Source: Trichoplax adhaerens (lineage: Eukaryota > Animalia > Placozoa). From it: a DNA stretch of 64,000 bases. The stretch covers positions 208,197 to 272,196 of the forward strand of contig NW_002060970.1 of the NCBI RefSeq assembly GCF_000150275.1, written 5' to 3'. Under the pieces are notes generated by a model that saw only the letters and a program-made list of their open reading frames with translations, was not told the DNA's origin and did no database searches. The position numbers and the translations under genes are program-made. Below, piece after piece: positions 37,201 through 49,010 of this stretch. How positions within the stretch are numbered: the first letter of the stretch is position 1; every line of letters starts with the position of its first letter.

Positions 37201-40200
37201 TTATTTATACGCAAGAATTGTATAGGAGCTATTTCCTTTCTGTCGGATAAGTTTTCACTTAAACTTTAATTTAATATTTGACATGCATGTATTTAAATAT
37301 ATATAATTTAGGATGCCCCTACGATGGTATTAATTATAATGGAACCTGCATCAAAATGATTACCTTGTTTCGCAGTTTTGGTGATGCTAGGAAATTCTGC
37401 AAGCGACATTATCAAGGAGACTTAGTATCGATCGAAACACAGGATAAAGAGAGCTTTATTTTAGTTAATCTAACTGGTGGAGCCTACGGCGCATTTTGGA
37501 TTGGTTTAAGGCAATATCCAGAACACCCACAGCATGAAAATGAAACTTGGGTTGCAACAGGACAACGAATATTAAATAACAACAGTTATACTAATTTTGA
37601 TAAAGACAATAACTTTTACATTAATAATTTCGATTGCGGTCTTGTTATTCGAACTTTCGAGGGATATAGATGGGTATATATGAGCTGTGAAATTCCATTA
37701 ATCTTTGTTTGTCAATATGGTAAGCTATGTGTCGATATAAATTTAGTAGAGTTAGCCAATACATAGATGCTACTATAGCTTTAGCGTTTGCTGGAAAATT
37801 ATTTCCAATAGTGAAATTGATCACATTTGTTATCATTTCAATCTTAATTAGATTCCTTTATTCCGACAACAACACCAAATATAGGTATAAATTGATGACA
37901 CAGTTCGGATTGCTGTGCATTGTTTGATGACTCTAATTTTCTCTCTTATTACAATACATTACTGATATTTCTCTAGCAACGACAAATCCCCCAACAACTA
38001 CTGCAAGTATTCCGGCTGAAGAGAGCAGTAGCTTTTCGTCAACTACCGCTATTTTGGAAGAAAGTACCAGTTCCTTATTAACAGATTCGAGTACGATTAG
38101 AGAAAGTGCTTTGTTATCAGTCACTAGCATCGTTGATATGAGCAGCAGTAGCTCGACATCATGGACGAATACTCCAGCCGATAGTGCAAGTTTATTTCTT
38201 TCTAGTTCTGTATCCCATGACCAAAGTATGGTTGCGCATATAACAAGTACTACCATTTCTAATTCTGATGCAAGTACAAGTTTTCTAGTTTCTAATGTGA
38301 ACCCATCAGTAACAACTGCAGTTGTTCCTTCAATGATCGCAACTGAAACTTCTAGTAAATTTACTGGGGTTATAACTTCTAGTACATTTGCAGACATCGC
38401 AAGTACTCCTGTATTCGGTGCGACTGCTTCATTATCCAGCCAGAATACTCCTTCATCGAGTATAAGTACTCCTTTATCCGTACCAAGTGCCCTAACATCT
38501 AGTATGGCTACTCTGACATCCAATATTAATACGCTAGCTATAACCTACAGCTCTTCAGGAATAATCACAAGTACTACTGCGGTTACAACAACAAATACGA
38601 CATCGTCATTGAGCTTTTATACCTCATCCTCAATTACAAATACTCCAAGTACAAGTAATCCAAATACAAATATTCCAAGTACAAATACTCCGAGTCCAAC
38701 TCCAGCATCATCAGAACCAGTAACCACTAAAACTACTATATTTGCGCCAGCTACTAATCCTGTTAATACTATAGCAACCGCTGCTGCAACACCATCCGAA
38801 GGGACTCCTTCTTCTACTAGTTCTACTTCTACTTTAACTCCGGTCCTTGTTTTACAGCAGGTAAACAGTTCTTCTGCTTTAACAGACAATGATTGCAATT
38901 AACATTTAAGCCAACTTACTGACATTGCTTTAGGCTGAAATTTTAATGCATAAGGATACGTATAAACTAGTTTAAATTAGACTTCAGGAAGCTCAATCAA
39001 TGATCCGGTAGCATCACATTTGCTTTTAATAAACCCTGTTAGTCCGTTTATACATAATCATTTCGCAGATATATTATATAGTACATTGAAATCATTTTTT
39101 CTTATTTACTCTACTGTAAGAAGATACCATATTTATAATCTTGATATAAAAGCAAATTCTAATTAGTCAATAGTAATATATTGCCCAGCATAAAGAAACA
39201 TTTAAATTATCTCTAATATATAAACTAAATTAAATTATACCAGGTGCTCGAAGAATATATCCAGTATTTTTAATCTTGATATAAAAATACATTCTAATTA
39301 GTCAATAGTAATATATTATCCAGCATAGTGAAACATTTAAATCATCTCTAAAATATAAACTAAACTTAGTTATGCCAGGTGCTATATTAATGGTTAATTG
39401 CGTTGGTTTTGTTAGATAGCTGGGTTATCGGTTAATTCATCGATCCAGAGAGCAATTACGCTTCTAGAGAATTTAGGTTTATCGTTGCAACAACAAAATT
39501 TAAATCAAACTATACAGCAAAAGACACTAGCAATTAATGGAATTGTCAGTATCTTGGAAAAAACTAATTTTATAACAGCTGGAAATAATGAAAAAGAACA
39601 GTTAGCTCAGGTTAGATACTTTATGGTGGAAAGTATACTTGTTATTATTACACCTTACTTTATAAGGCCGCTAAACTGAATTCAACAGTATGCTACTATG
39701 CTCTTACTCACACTAATAACCACAACCATTTTAATTAACAGCAATATATTGACATTTTAACAACGCTGATGCAAACTACTAATCTACCCGGTGTAAGTTT
39801 GCGAATAAGCTTTCTGATTTAATAAGCAAGTTAACAGGACGGAAATGTTAAATAGAAACCTAAACAGCTAATTTCGTATAACATAGCAAACATCAGAGTT
39901 GGGTTTTCAAGTCATGAATGCCGAAGAAAAATTAGGCCAGTATATTGGACAGAGTTTATTCACTTCTCAATCAATTTCAGCACAAAGTAGTATGATAGGT
40001 AAGTAGAATCAATGTTTACTTTTCTGCGGTTATTCATCCCTATTATGCATTTTCAAAAGCTTGCAATAGTAAATTATATCATTCGATAGCATACTAAAAT
40101 CATTTTACTTTTAGAGTGTGATACAAGCGTGATTAATTTAAGCGAATAAATTATTCATTGCAGCTTTCAAAATTGAAAGTAAAACCGCAGCAGATTTAGC

Positions 40201-43200
40201 AAAAACAGGATATGAATTATTCTGGCAGGTTGGACCTGAAACAGAATCTCAAGCAGCAATTGCGCTACCTAAAGAACCTTTTTCATCCTTAGGTAAAATT
40301 TACTGCTAAACCATGGTTAATTTGATTGTGCAGGATAAAATTTGTATAATGTTTTCTTTTTAGAATAGCACACTTCATTTAGACAATCATTGATTCTAAT
40401 AGACTATAAATTATTAAATTCTCTTTCGAGAATATTATTTACTAACAGTCTGCTGTATGTTATTTAATCCATAATAGATCCCGGTACAATTGTTAAAATT
40501 AAAGTTTCTCTAAATCGGGAACTATCCAAGTATTTCTCATCCAACGCAACCAATCTGAAGTAAATTAAATAAATGTTAAATAAAGCTTTTGTAAGCGTGA
40601 ATTTTCGATTTTACAGTAAATCATAGTGATTTGTACTTATAAGAAACAAAATGCAGAGACATCTCTGCCCATTACAGTATCGAATTACTTCATTGCAAAA
40701 GTATCGTATAAAAGGAACATTGAAGAGCTGAAAACATCTATTATAGCTAAAATTTCCTTATAACTACGAATAAATGATAATATTTCCTTCATAGTATTAA
40801 AACTTGGTAATTAACAAGATCGAATTGCGAGGAATAATGATTCATCTACATATCCTGGTTTTCTTTTGCTAAATTAAAGCGATCTGCAATGATAGTCTTG
40901 TTGTCTAGAATTTTTAATTTTACATTGATTTGGGCTAATGAAATATGAATAATGAAAATTATATCAGTTACGATCGAAGGCTAACATATTCTCTAGTGTT
41001 GTAATTTCAGATTAAATAAGCTCTTAATATTTAAATACTATTACTAGTCTTATAGTATTTTTACTTTGTCAATTCTTAGTAATCAGAATGGCAGTCTGGT
41101 ATCGGTTATCCTTTCTTGTACAGTTACGCCTGATATACCCATTAACCGCAATTTTCCCTTAAATTATACTATTCCACATCTGCAGGTAAGACAAATTGTT
41201 TCTACAGAATAAGAGAATGGTCAGCAGTAAAGTAGCAAATAATAATTTTATATTTTAATATCGTGCAGTAAAGTGGTGATATCCTAAAGTATTCTTTTTG
41301 CTAGCTCAGTTTAGTTTCAAATTTTTTTCTTTTATCTTCTTCAATAATCTGAATATTTCTGCGTAAGTAAAAGGTGCCATGTAAAGTTAATGTTAATTTG
41401 AACATTAATTTACTTATAGGTTTCTACTGTAGATCGCAATCGATCCTGCGTCTTTTGGAAAAACCAAGCGACGTAAATTTTCTAGTCTATGTTTTTCAAT
41501 ACGATTGCTGTCAAAGTTTATTTCTTTATTAACGTTTTCGATGCAGCGATTGAAAATATCTTTCTTTATTGTATAGAATAATTATTTTTTTATTTATTGC
41601 TTGAATTTAGTTCATGGTCATCATCAGGGTGTAGAGTATCCGACAACAACAGCAATTCAACTGTTACTTCCTGTTCTTGTGATCATTTAACGCATTTTGC
41701 TTTATTACTGCAAGTACAGCCGGTAAATTATATAGCCGAAAGATAGAATCTAAGTTAATTCCGAATTGCTGAGACACCATTAGCGAAAGAGAACATCTGT
41801 TTAAGATTCTTATTTTAATGTTGTACTCTTTCCTAATAGGTAGTAGTCAATGTGTCAACGATAGACTTTACAATTTTAGGATATATGACCTATATCGGAA
41901 GTGGAATTTCAATCTTTTGCATTATGACGACTTTGTTCGTTTACAGCTTACTGAGGTAATGAATGCGTAGTGTAATATGAAGAGTGCACAATAAATGCTG
42001 AATTTAATATAATGAGTACAACTTTGAAACTATTTACAATACATATATTTCCTATTAAGATTTAATTGTAGTAAATGGTATCATTTCTTGATGACTAGGT
42101 TGAAAGGTGAAAGATTCATCGTCCATCGAAATTTATTACTTGCCCTTATGGTTGCACAAGTATCATTAATTATTGCAACAACCGGGGCAAATCATAAGGT
42201 TAGTCCTGGCGAAGGCAGAAGTTTACTGTAATATTCCTTTACTTTTTATCAATTTGTAATCAAAATCTTTTTATCGAAATTGGTTTAGATACTATGCCAA
42301 ATTTCTGCTGTTCTATTGCATTTCTTTTATTTGGCAACATTTAGCTGGATGTTAGTCGAAGGCATCCATCTATATTTTGCTATTATTGCGGTATACAGCC
42401 ATAAAAGTAAATTGCAAATTTATTTTGGAGTTGGATGGGGTAATTTGAAATTGACTAAAGATTAGCTTACATAATTTTATGCTCGATTTCCATAGTTCAA
42501 TGTTCTGTCAAATAGTAGCTACGTGAATAAAATTAGCACCGTAATTGAAAAATCTTATTCAATATTTTAAATTGATTAGGGATACCTGTTATCGTTGTTT
42601 CGATATCAGCCATCGTCAGATTTGATAGCTACGGCCAGGATGAGAGGTCGAAATTAACAATTTATTATGATTTGACGTCTTTTGATTACTTACTGATATT
42701 TTAATTTTCATCAGATGCTGGCTATCTTATGAGAATGGATTTATTTGGGCCTTTATTGCTCCAGTTATAGCAATTTTATGTGTAAGTACAAACTATGAGC
42801 TACCGTATAGATTGATATCCCATAAATAGATGAGCTGCGATTAGTTAAATGAGAAAAGCTCGGTCGGTAGATTACATTTAACGTACCAAAGAGATTAAAC
42901 ATCATTTATTGATCCGATTTAAAATTTTATTTCGGTGAATAGAACACTTTTAAAAAAGTAATATCGATATCTGTTTATTATATTTTAATGCTGCTACTGG
43001 ATAAACTGGTATACTGTAGTATCGCATCAGATCGAATGGCATTGCAGTAGAAGGCCAAAACAACTCATTGCTAAAGCTCACTTTGAATAATTTTGTAAAC
43101 TTTTAGGCTAATATCATCATCATGGTTGCTGTAGTTAAAATATCACTTGCTGCAAACGTAGCAGTATCGCGTGAAAGTAGAAATTCGCTTATTGTGAAGT

Positions 43201-44322
43201 CAAAGTAAGTTAATGTATTATAATTTTGAAAATGACTTTATCATAACTTGATGATGGAGCGTATAATTGGAAAGAATAGTGCGTAGAGCTTTGAATGAAA
43301 CCAACTAAGTAATTGTATCTTGCACGAATATAGATCCTTAGTTAAGGCAACAGCTGTCTTATTTCCGATTTTGGGAATGACTTGGGCATTTGGATTGATC
43401 CCTGCAACACAACAAACCATCATATTTAGCTATTTATTCGTCATATGCAACTCTCTACAGGTGCGAATTTTTATATTCCATCATTAAAGCTGCATATGTA
43501 CACCTAGAAATAGAACAAGGATCTCTTTCAATTAATATCTAGGGGGCCTTTATTTTCCTGTTTCACTGCATTTTTAATTCAGAGGTAAGGCATGCACATA
43601 GGTTAAAGATCGCTGTGTATACCTTATTTGAAACTTAATGACTACTTTGTGTTAGAAGTATAAATATAAGTGTACTAACCGAAAGTCTAATTAACTATTT
43701 ATGTGAACTAGCTTGCTACTGCAGTTCATTTATGCAGCACGTATGTCTACTGTAGTATTACTATGCCAGAAGATAATAATATGTATAAGATATCTTGATG
43801 TAGAATAATTATAATCAGTTATGGACATTAGCCGTAACCTCGATAGTAGATGTTTACTTTCTGTAGGATTATTTCAAGATGCAGTGATCGCCGTCGATAA
43901 AACATTGTTGCCATTTATGAAAGAAGAGTCTATGTCGGTAACGAAGCTGTGCTACATCACTGACATTTTATTCTCATTGGATATTTAGGTACGACAAGCC
44001 TATAACATCGTTATTCGAAGGAAAACAACTGTGATATCGTTACATCAGCAAAGTTCAAGGGTATGTCTAGCATTACTTGAATAGGTTTAGAGAGTATAAT
44101 GCTCGATCACGTCAAAACATGATGTCTACGTTATTACTTTAAATATGTTAATACAATCGCCAATTGGGTACATGTGTAGAAAGTATCTTATTTGCCTTGC
44201 TTCTGTTTCTTTCTTTTACATGGAATATCCACCAACAGAGAAAATTGACTACTCAATTTAGCTCTACCGGTCCGGGCGATACCCGATTTGAAATTAAATT
44301 TGGAGGTTCAACGCTCGTCTAA
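31209..44322 (+). CDS. Adhesion GPCR-2: signal peptide - two C-type lectin-like domains - Ser/Thr mucin stalk - GAIN/GPS - 7TM - PDZ ligand (multi-exon)
   Basis: Exons 31209-31253 plus 33274-33298 (MAITTPVVAILIVAW-IVSYGLFA, signal peptide); probable 33551-33583; CTLD1 35687-36091; linkers 36742-36858 and 36967-37017; CTLD2 37312-37719; mucin ~37977-38860; GAIN exons ~39416-41185; CVFW (~41450); GPS WSSSGC...CSCDHL/THFALL (~41612-41723). 7TM exons ~41840-43584 (TYIGSGIS, ERFIVHRNL, ATFSWMLVEGIHLY, CWLS, VKATAVLFPILGMTWAFG, NSLQG..IFLFHCIFNSEV). Last exon 44239-44322 ends GGSTLV*. Confidence 0.9.
39124..39383. repeat. Intronic tandem duplication, two copies, period ~135 bp
   Basis: TAATCTTGATATAAAA...ATTCTAATTAGTCAATAGTAATATATT...CCAGGTGCT occurs at ~39124-39248 and ~39259-39383. 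Confidence 0.9.
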
Positions 44323-45708
44323 TAGCCACAGTCAATCTTGATAGTCATAACTAGGACATCAGCATTCATTTTTAGTTAATGCTGGATTGATTTAACTTGG
44401 TATTTAGCAATTATTATCGATCGGATAGAATGGTTCCATTCTATCCTGATGTTCTATCACTGTTCTTCCTCTCAATTTCTCGAAATAACTATGGTTATGA
44501 TCACTCATCGCTGATATTATAGAACATATTTGGACGTATTGCTAACATGATATTGATCATTTTGCAAAGTCTTTGATAACGCTACTTTTAAAAGCTACAT
44601 GTCATGTTTGCTATCCCATTTTATCGCTAGTTTTGATTGATGCATTCAACAGCAGCTTTAACAAGTCTAGTAAGCTTGTAATTTAAAGGATAACATGAAC
44701 TGCCATCATGACTGGACTCGGTTACCGTACCTCATAAACATAGAATTGCCATGATCCTACCTTTGTATTAGAATATTGTTCTTTTTTTGTTTTTGTATGG
44801 TATTGACAGTGAACAATTTATCATGTCGATGACAATATGGATTGGCAATAAAAGAAGTGAATTGAAAACAAGTTGCTTTCACCGATGTAGTATAAACTTG
44901 CATGTAGGAATAACGGAAGGGATAGTACTATACCGTAGAGTTGTGTATTGCCTAGGGGTTAACCCATTCCCCTAGTATGATGCTTTTGATCAGGGTCAGA
45001 ATGGCACCTACAAGACGATCGTTGAAGATGCAGTCAATGAAAGATTGAACTGCTAAACTAGGCTAGCTGTAAACCACAACGATTGACCATCTAAAACAAG
45101 GCTAGCAGTAAACCACAACATCTGTAGATATGGCATGATTGCATGTAATCGTGTTCTCGTTCATTCTCTTGCTAACGATCATGCCAGTGTCATGGATGAC
45201 TATAAGATGGAAACGCTTCCGTCTGGCGATTTGTTTACCCCCTCAAATCAACAACACCAGTCGACTTTAGAGAATGGACAGTCGTCGTTGCATAGTTCTA
45301 CTCAGCTTACAGTACAGTCGATCTATCAGTAATGATATTTCTTGTATGTCTAAAGATTAATTCTAATTATGAATTGATCCAATACTGATTTCTTCCCGCT
45401 GTTGGGTCGATTCTGATTGTCTACAGTGTGTCGACGGATTGGTGAGGTAGAAGCCATTCAAAGTAAGTGCTTGACATTGGACTAGAAAACTGGTCAGGAA
45501 GTAGTTCGTGACCTAAAATGACTCCATACTGCAATAAAAAGGCATGCAAGCCATCACTAGCCCATTGCACAAGGTTGTGCTGATCTGTCTGCGTGCCATT
45601 GCAGCCAAAATTGAAAGTCTATTTCTTGCAAACGCAAAGATAGAATGGATGGCTAAACCTCTTTCGACCTCAGTCATACACAACTGCAGGTCTTGTAGCT
45701 CTCTTTTT

Positions 45709-46420
45709 GAATGTGTTCCGTACGGTGCGGACGCCAGGATGGACTTGGGAAATGGTCAAAAGGTCCCTGACATTGATTGACTAGCCTGCAGTATAATGAA
45801 GTACTGGAATGTACGGTACGGACGCCGGCATGGACTTGGGAAATGGTCAAAAGGTCCCTGATATTGATTGACTAGCCTATAGTATAATGAATGTATCAAA
45901 GTAATGGAATGTACGGTACGGACGCCGTCATGGACTTGGGAAGTAGTGAAAAGGTCCCTGACATTGATTGACTGGCCTAGAGTACAGCATAATGTATCAA
46001 CGTACTGGAATGTACGGTACGGACGGTGGGATGGACTCGGGCAGTACAATGAATATTGCGTCATAAGGGTGCTGTAGTGTACAGTACATCATTGTCATAT
46101 TGAAGGCAGAAAGGGAGCGACTGTAGGCTGTATCAGAAGCCGATAGCAATGATGGAAGCTATCAGCTTCAGCTATGGCTGTATCAGACTGCCATATACAG
46201 TTGAAGCTAGTTGAGGCTAGCCGAAGCAGCAATAACTCGACACGGTAAGTTAGCAGTCTACTAGTATGTTTTTATTCTCTACTCTCGGTTAAGTGCCCAT
46301 ACGCAGCTATTTCTTTCAGTATCTTACGTACCATACGGACGCCGGGATGGCGGGATAGAATTGGGACGTCCACTCGTCCAGTGAAAGGTCCCTTGACATT
46401 GATTCACTAGCCTACAGTAC
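45709..46420. repeat. ~100-bp tandem repeat array (three full copies, one partial, one diverged outlier) upstream of TIM17
   Basis: Unit GGAATGTACGGTACGGACGCC..ATGGACTTGGGAAATGGTCAAAAGGTCCCTGACATTGATTGACTAGCCT starts at ~45709, ~45806, ~45906, ~46007 (partial) and ~46325 (diverged). Confidence 0.9.
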
Positions 46421-47106
46421 AGTATTGTACAGTACAGTGTACAGTAGCATACAGTACTGTAGTCAGTGTACTGGAGACTCTACCAAGGCAATATTGCATC
46501 ATTACGGAGAGGGCGACCGTATTGAAGGCAGAAGGAGAGCTTCAATCGTATGACGGCTCAGGCGTCAACATGATACAGTACTGTACTCTGTGTACTGTAC
46601 ACTGTACACTGTACATTGTGGAGTTTCTGCTGCCTCGGCTAGCCGCAACTGTAATGCACTGTATGCGCCACAGTATCAGACTGTGACAGTGGATAGCGAC
46701 ACTAGACAGGATGCTGGCCACGTGCTGTCGGTAAAATTGGAATTTCATGAGAGCAACAATTTGTCACGTCCAACCAGAGCGTACACTACAATAGACCATG
46801 TTGAAAGGTCCTCCTCCAGTGGGTAGACTGCCTCCATACAATCAGGCTTCCGCTCCCAAGTGTGTGGGCTGGATATTTTCCTGCCTAACATTAGCAGTCA
46901 TGGTACCAGAACAGCACAACACAACCGTAGTGTATCCTATCACTTGCAGCAATGTTGGTTGGTAGACTTGAAGATACCAGCACCACCGTACTGGACTGGA
47001 CAAGCATTCAGAAATTGACGTGACACCGATACAGTCGATCGATCGCCAGTGGCGTCATACCACAACAGGAGTGACCAGTGCATAGACGTCAGGCCATTGA
47101 ATCAAA

Positions 47107-49010
47107 ATGGAGGAATATGCAAGAGAACCTTGGTGAGCTGCAATTGATTTTCTTGTCCGTAATTTATTCGATGTCAAGAAAGTAAAAATACCCTGATAGA
47201 GGGTTACATGGGGTGATTACGAGTTGCTAATACTTGTTCTATTTGATTTCATAGTCCGTATCGAATCATCGATGATTGCGGTGGAGCGTTTTCCATGGGT
47301 TGCATCGGTGGAGGAGTATTTTCCCTTGTTAAAGGCTATCGCAATTCCCCTCCGGTAAGTACCAATAGCACAGGCAAAAGATAAAAAGAGTCAGCATCAC
47401 CCTGATAGTGGTATAAGCTAGCTTAGACGTTTATTAATGGAGACTCAATTGGATAAAGTACTTTTAAATGTCTACGACATATTGTGTACTCTGCCAAGTC
47501 AGTCGATGAAGCATGAGTTAGTGAATGGAAGAAAATAGATCGTTTTGAGTAGCTGGAGGAATACTCTTGTCTTGTACAACAGTTTTACAGGATGATGATA
47601 TCCTTGTTTAGGACGACTAGTGAGTCATCCATGAAACCAGTTAGACGTAGTATGCAATCATTTTGGTTAAAGGTATCTGTTGCATTCCATTCACTCTTGC
47701 AATGTCTTAGCCAGGAGCAGCTGTAAACCATAACATACGTATCGTTACATCTGCTTTCCATACATGAATGGATTGTAGAAACATGTAGACAGTATGCAAG
47801 ACAAGTGTTCCAACGAATCCATGAATTCGTACCAGCTAATGCTCGACATCCACTCTCCATTAGCTTACACTTAAAAGTAGCGATCAATGTTGATGCCAAA
47901 GTGGCTAAACGCCATTATCCAATGCCAATAGAATTAGTAAGTTGTATTTGCGTTTTTGTTATAGGGCAAGAGATTAGTTGGAAGCATTACCGCTATTAAA
48001 ACTAGAGCGCCTGTTTTAGGAGGTAAAGGAAACGTTGCTATTGTTAATGTTGCTAAAGAAAGCACAGATTGCTGCTAGTAATGACTATATCCGGCTGTTA
48101 GTGGATTGAACCATAAAAAGACTAGTGGACAGTAGACTAATAACGCTGTTCAATTGCTTGTTTCCATAAATAGGAAATTTTGCTGTATGGGGTGGACTTT
48201 TTTCAACCTTTGATTGCTGTCTAATTAAACTACGCAATAAAGAAGATCCTTGGAATTCTATCGGTAGTGGAGCCTTAACTGGAGCTGTACTGGCTGCCAG
48301 AGGTAGGATACTCTGCTATCTACTTCATCTTGCCAAATTATTTTCTACTTAATCCATTGTACTTGATCCCATGATAACATCGGCCAATATCATGGTGTTG
48401 TCATCCTTATCATATGTATCAAAACCATGACTACAGATTCTAATCCTACATGATATTATTATTGTAATACGTATGCAACTTTTTTTCCTGTTACCAATAG
48501 GTGGTTTATCATCGTCGCTACGATCGGCTGCAGTAGGTGAGTTGATAGTTAGTTTTGAAATACTTTCTTTAACAAGATGATCAATACTGCTTCTAGGACG
48601 AATTTCAAATATATCCTTTTGGCTAATCATCAAAAATGATCATGTTCAATTTACTGTATCATGCATAGGTGGTATCTTACTGGCTTTAATTGAAGGTGTT
48701 GGCATTGCCATTACAAGAATGACTGCAGAACAGTTCAAACCAGGTTGGACTACAGTATCTTGATAATCGATGTAGAGTAAAGTTGATATCTATTTCGCTA
48801 CTCCATGGATAGTATCCATATTGCAATTTAGTCCTACTACTGTGCATAATCCGATTCCGTCTTTACTCCAGCTTGAGGTGAACGTTACTAATATATAGCC
48901 CTATCTATTCCTATTTGATAGTGATGCCACAACTGCCAGACCCAGTCCAATTACCACCACCGAAACCACTCGACACTCCTTCGTCCAATGAAGAAATCCA
49001 ATTTCAATAA
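47107..49010 (+). CDS. TIMM17: Mitochondrial inner-membrane translocase subunit Tim17
   Basis: Spliced product [31 protein letters not shown]...[51 protein letters not shown]...[21 protein letters not shown], the Tim17 signature. Exons start at 47107, 47255, 47965, ~48174, ~48501, ~48669 and ~48922, with TAA ending at 49010. Confidence 0.96.

Noticed and set aside
45135-45332. 65-aa ORF as an alternative aGPCR-2 last exon
   Set aside because: The nearby acceptor (45127) is out of phase with the upstream phase-0 donor, and no homology is recognisable.
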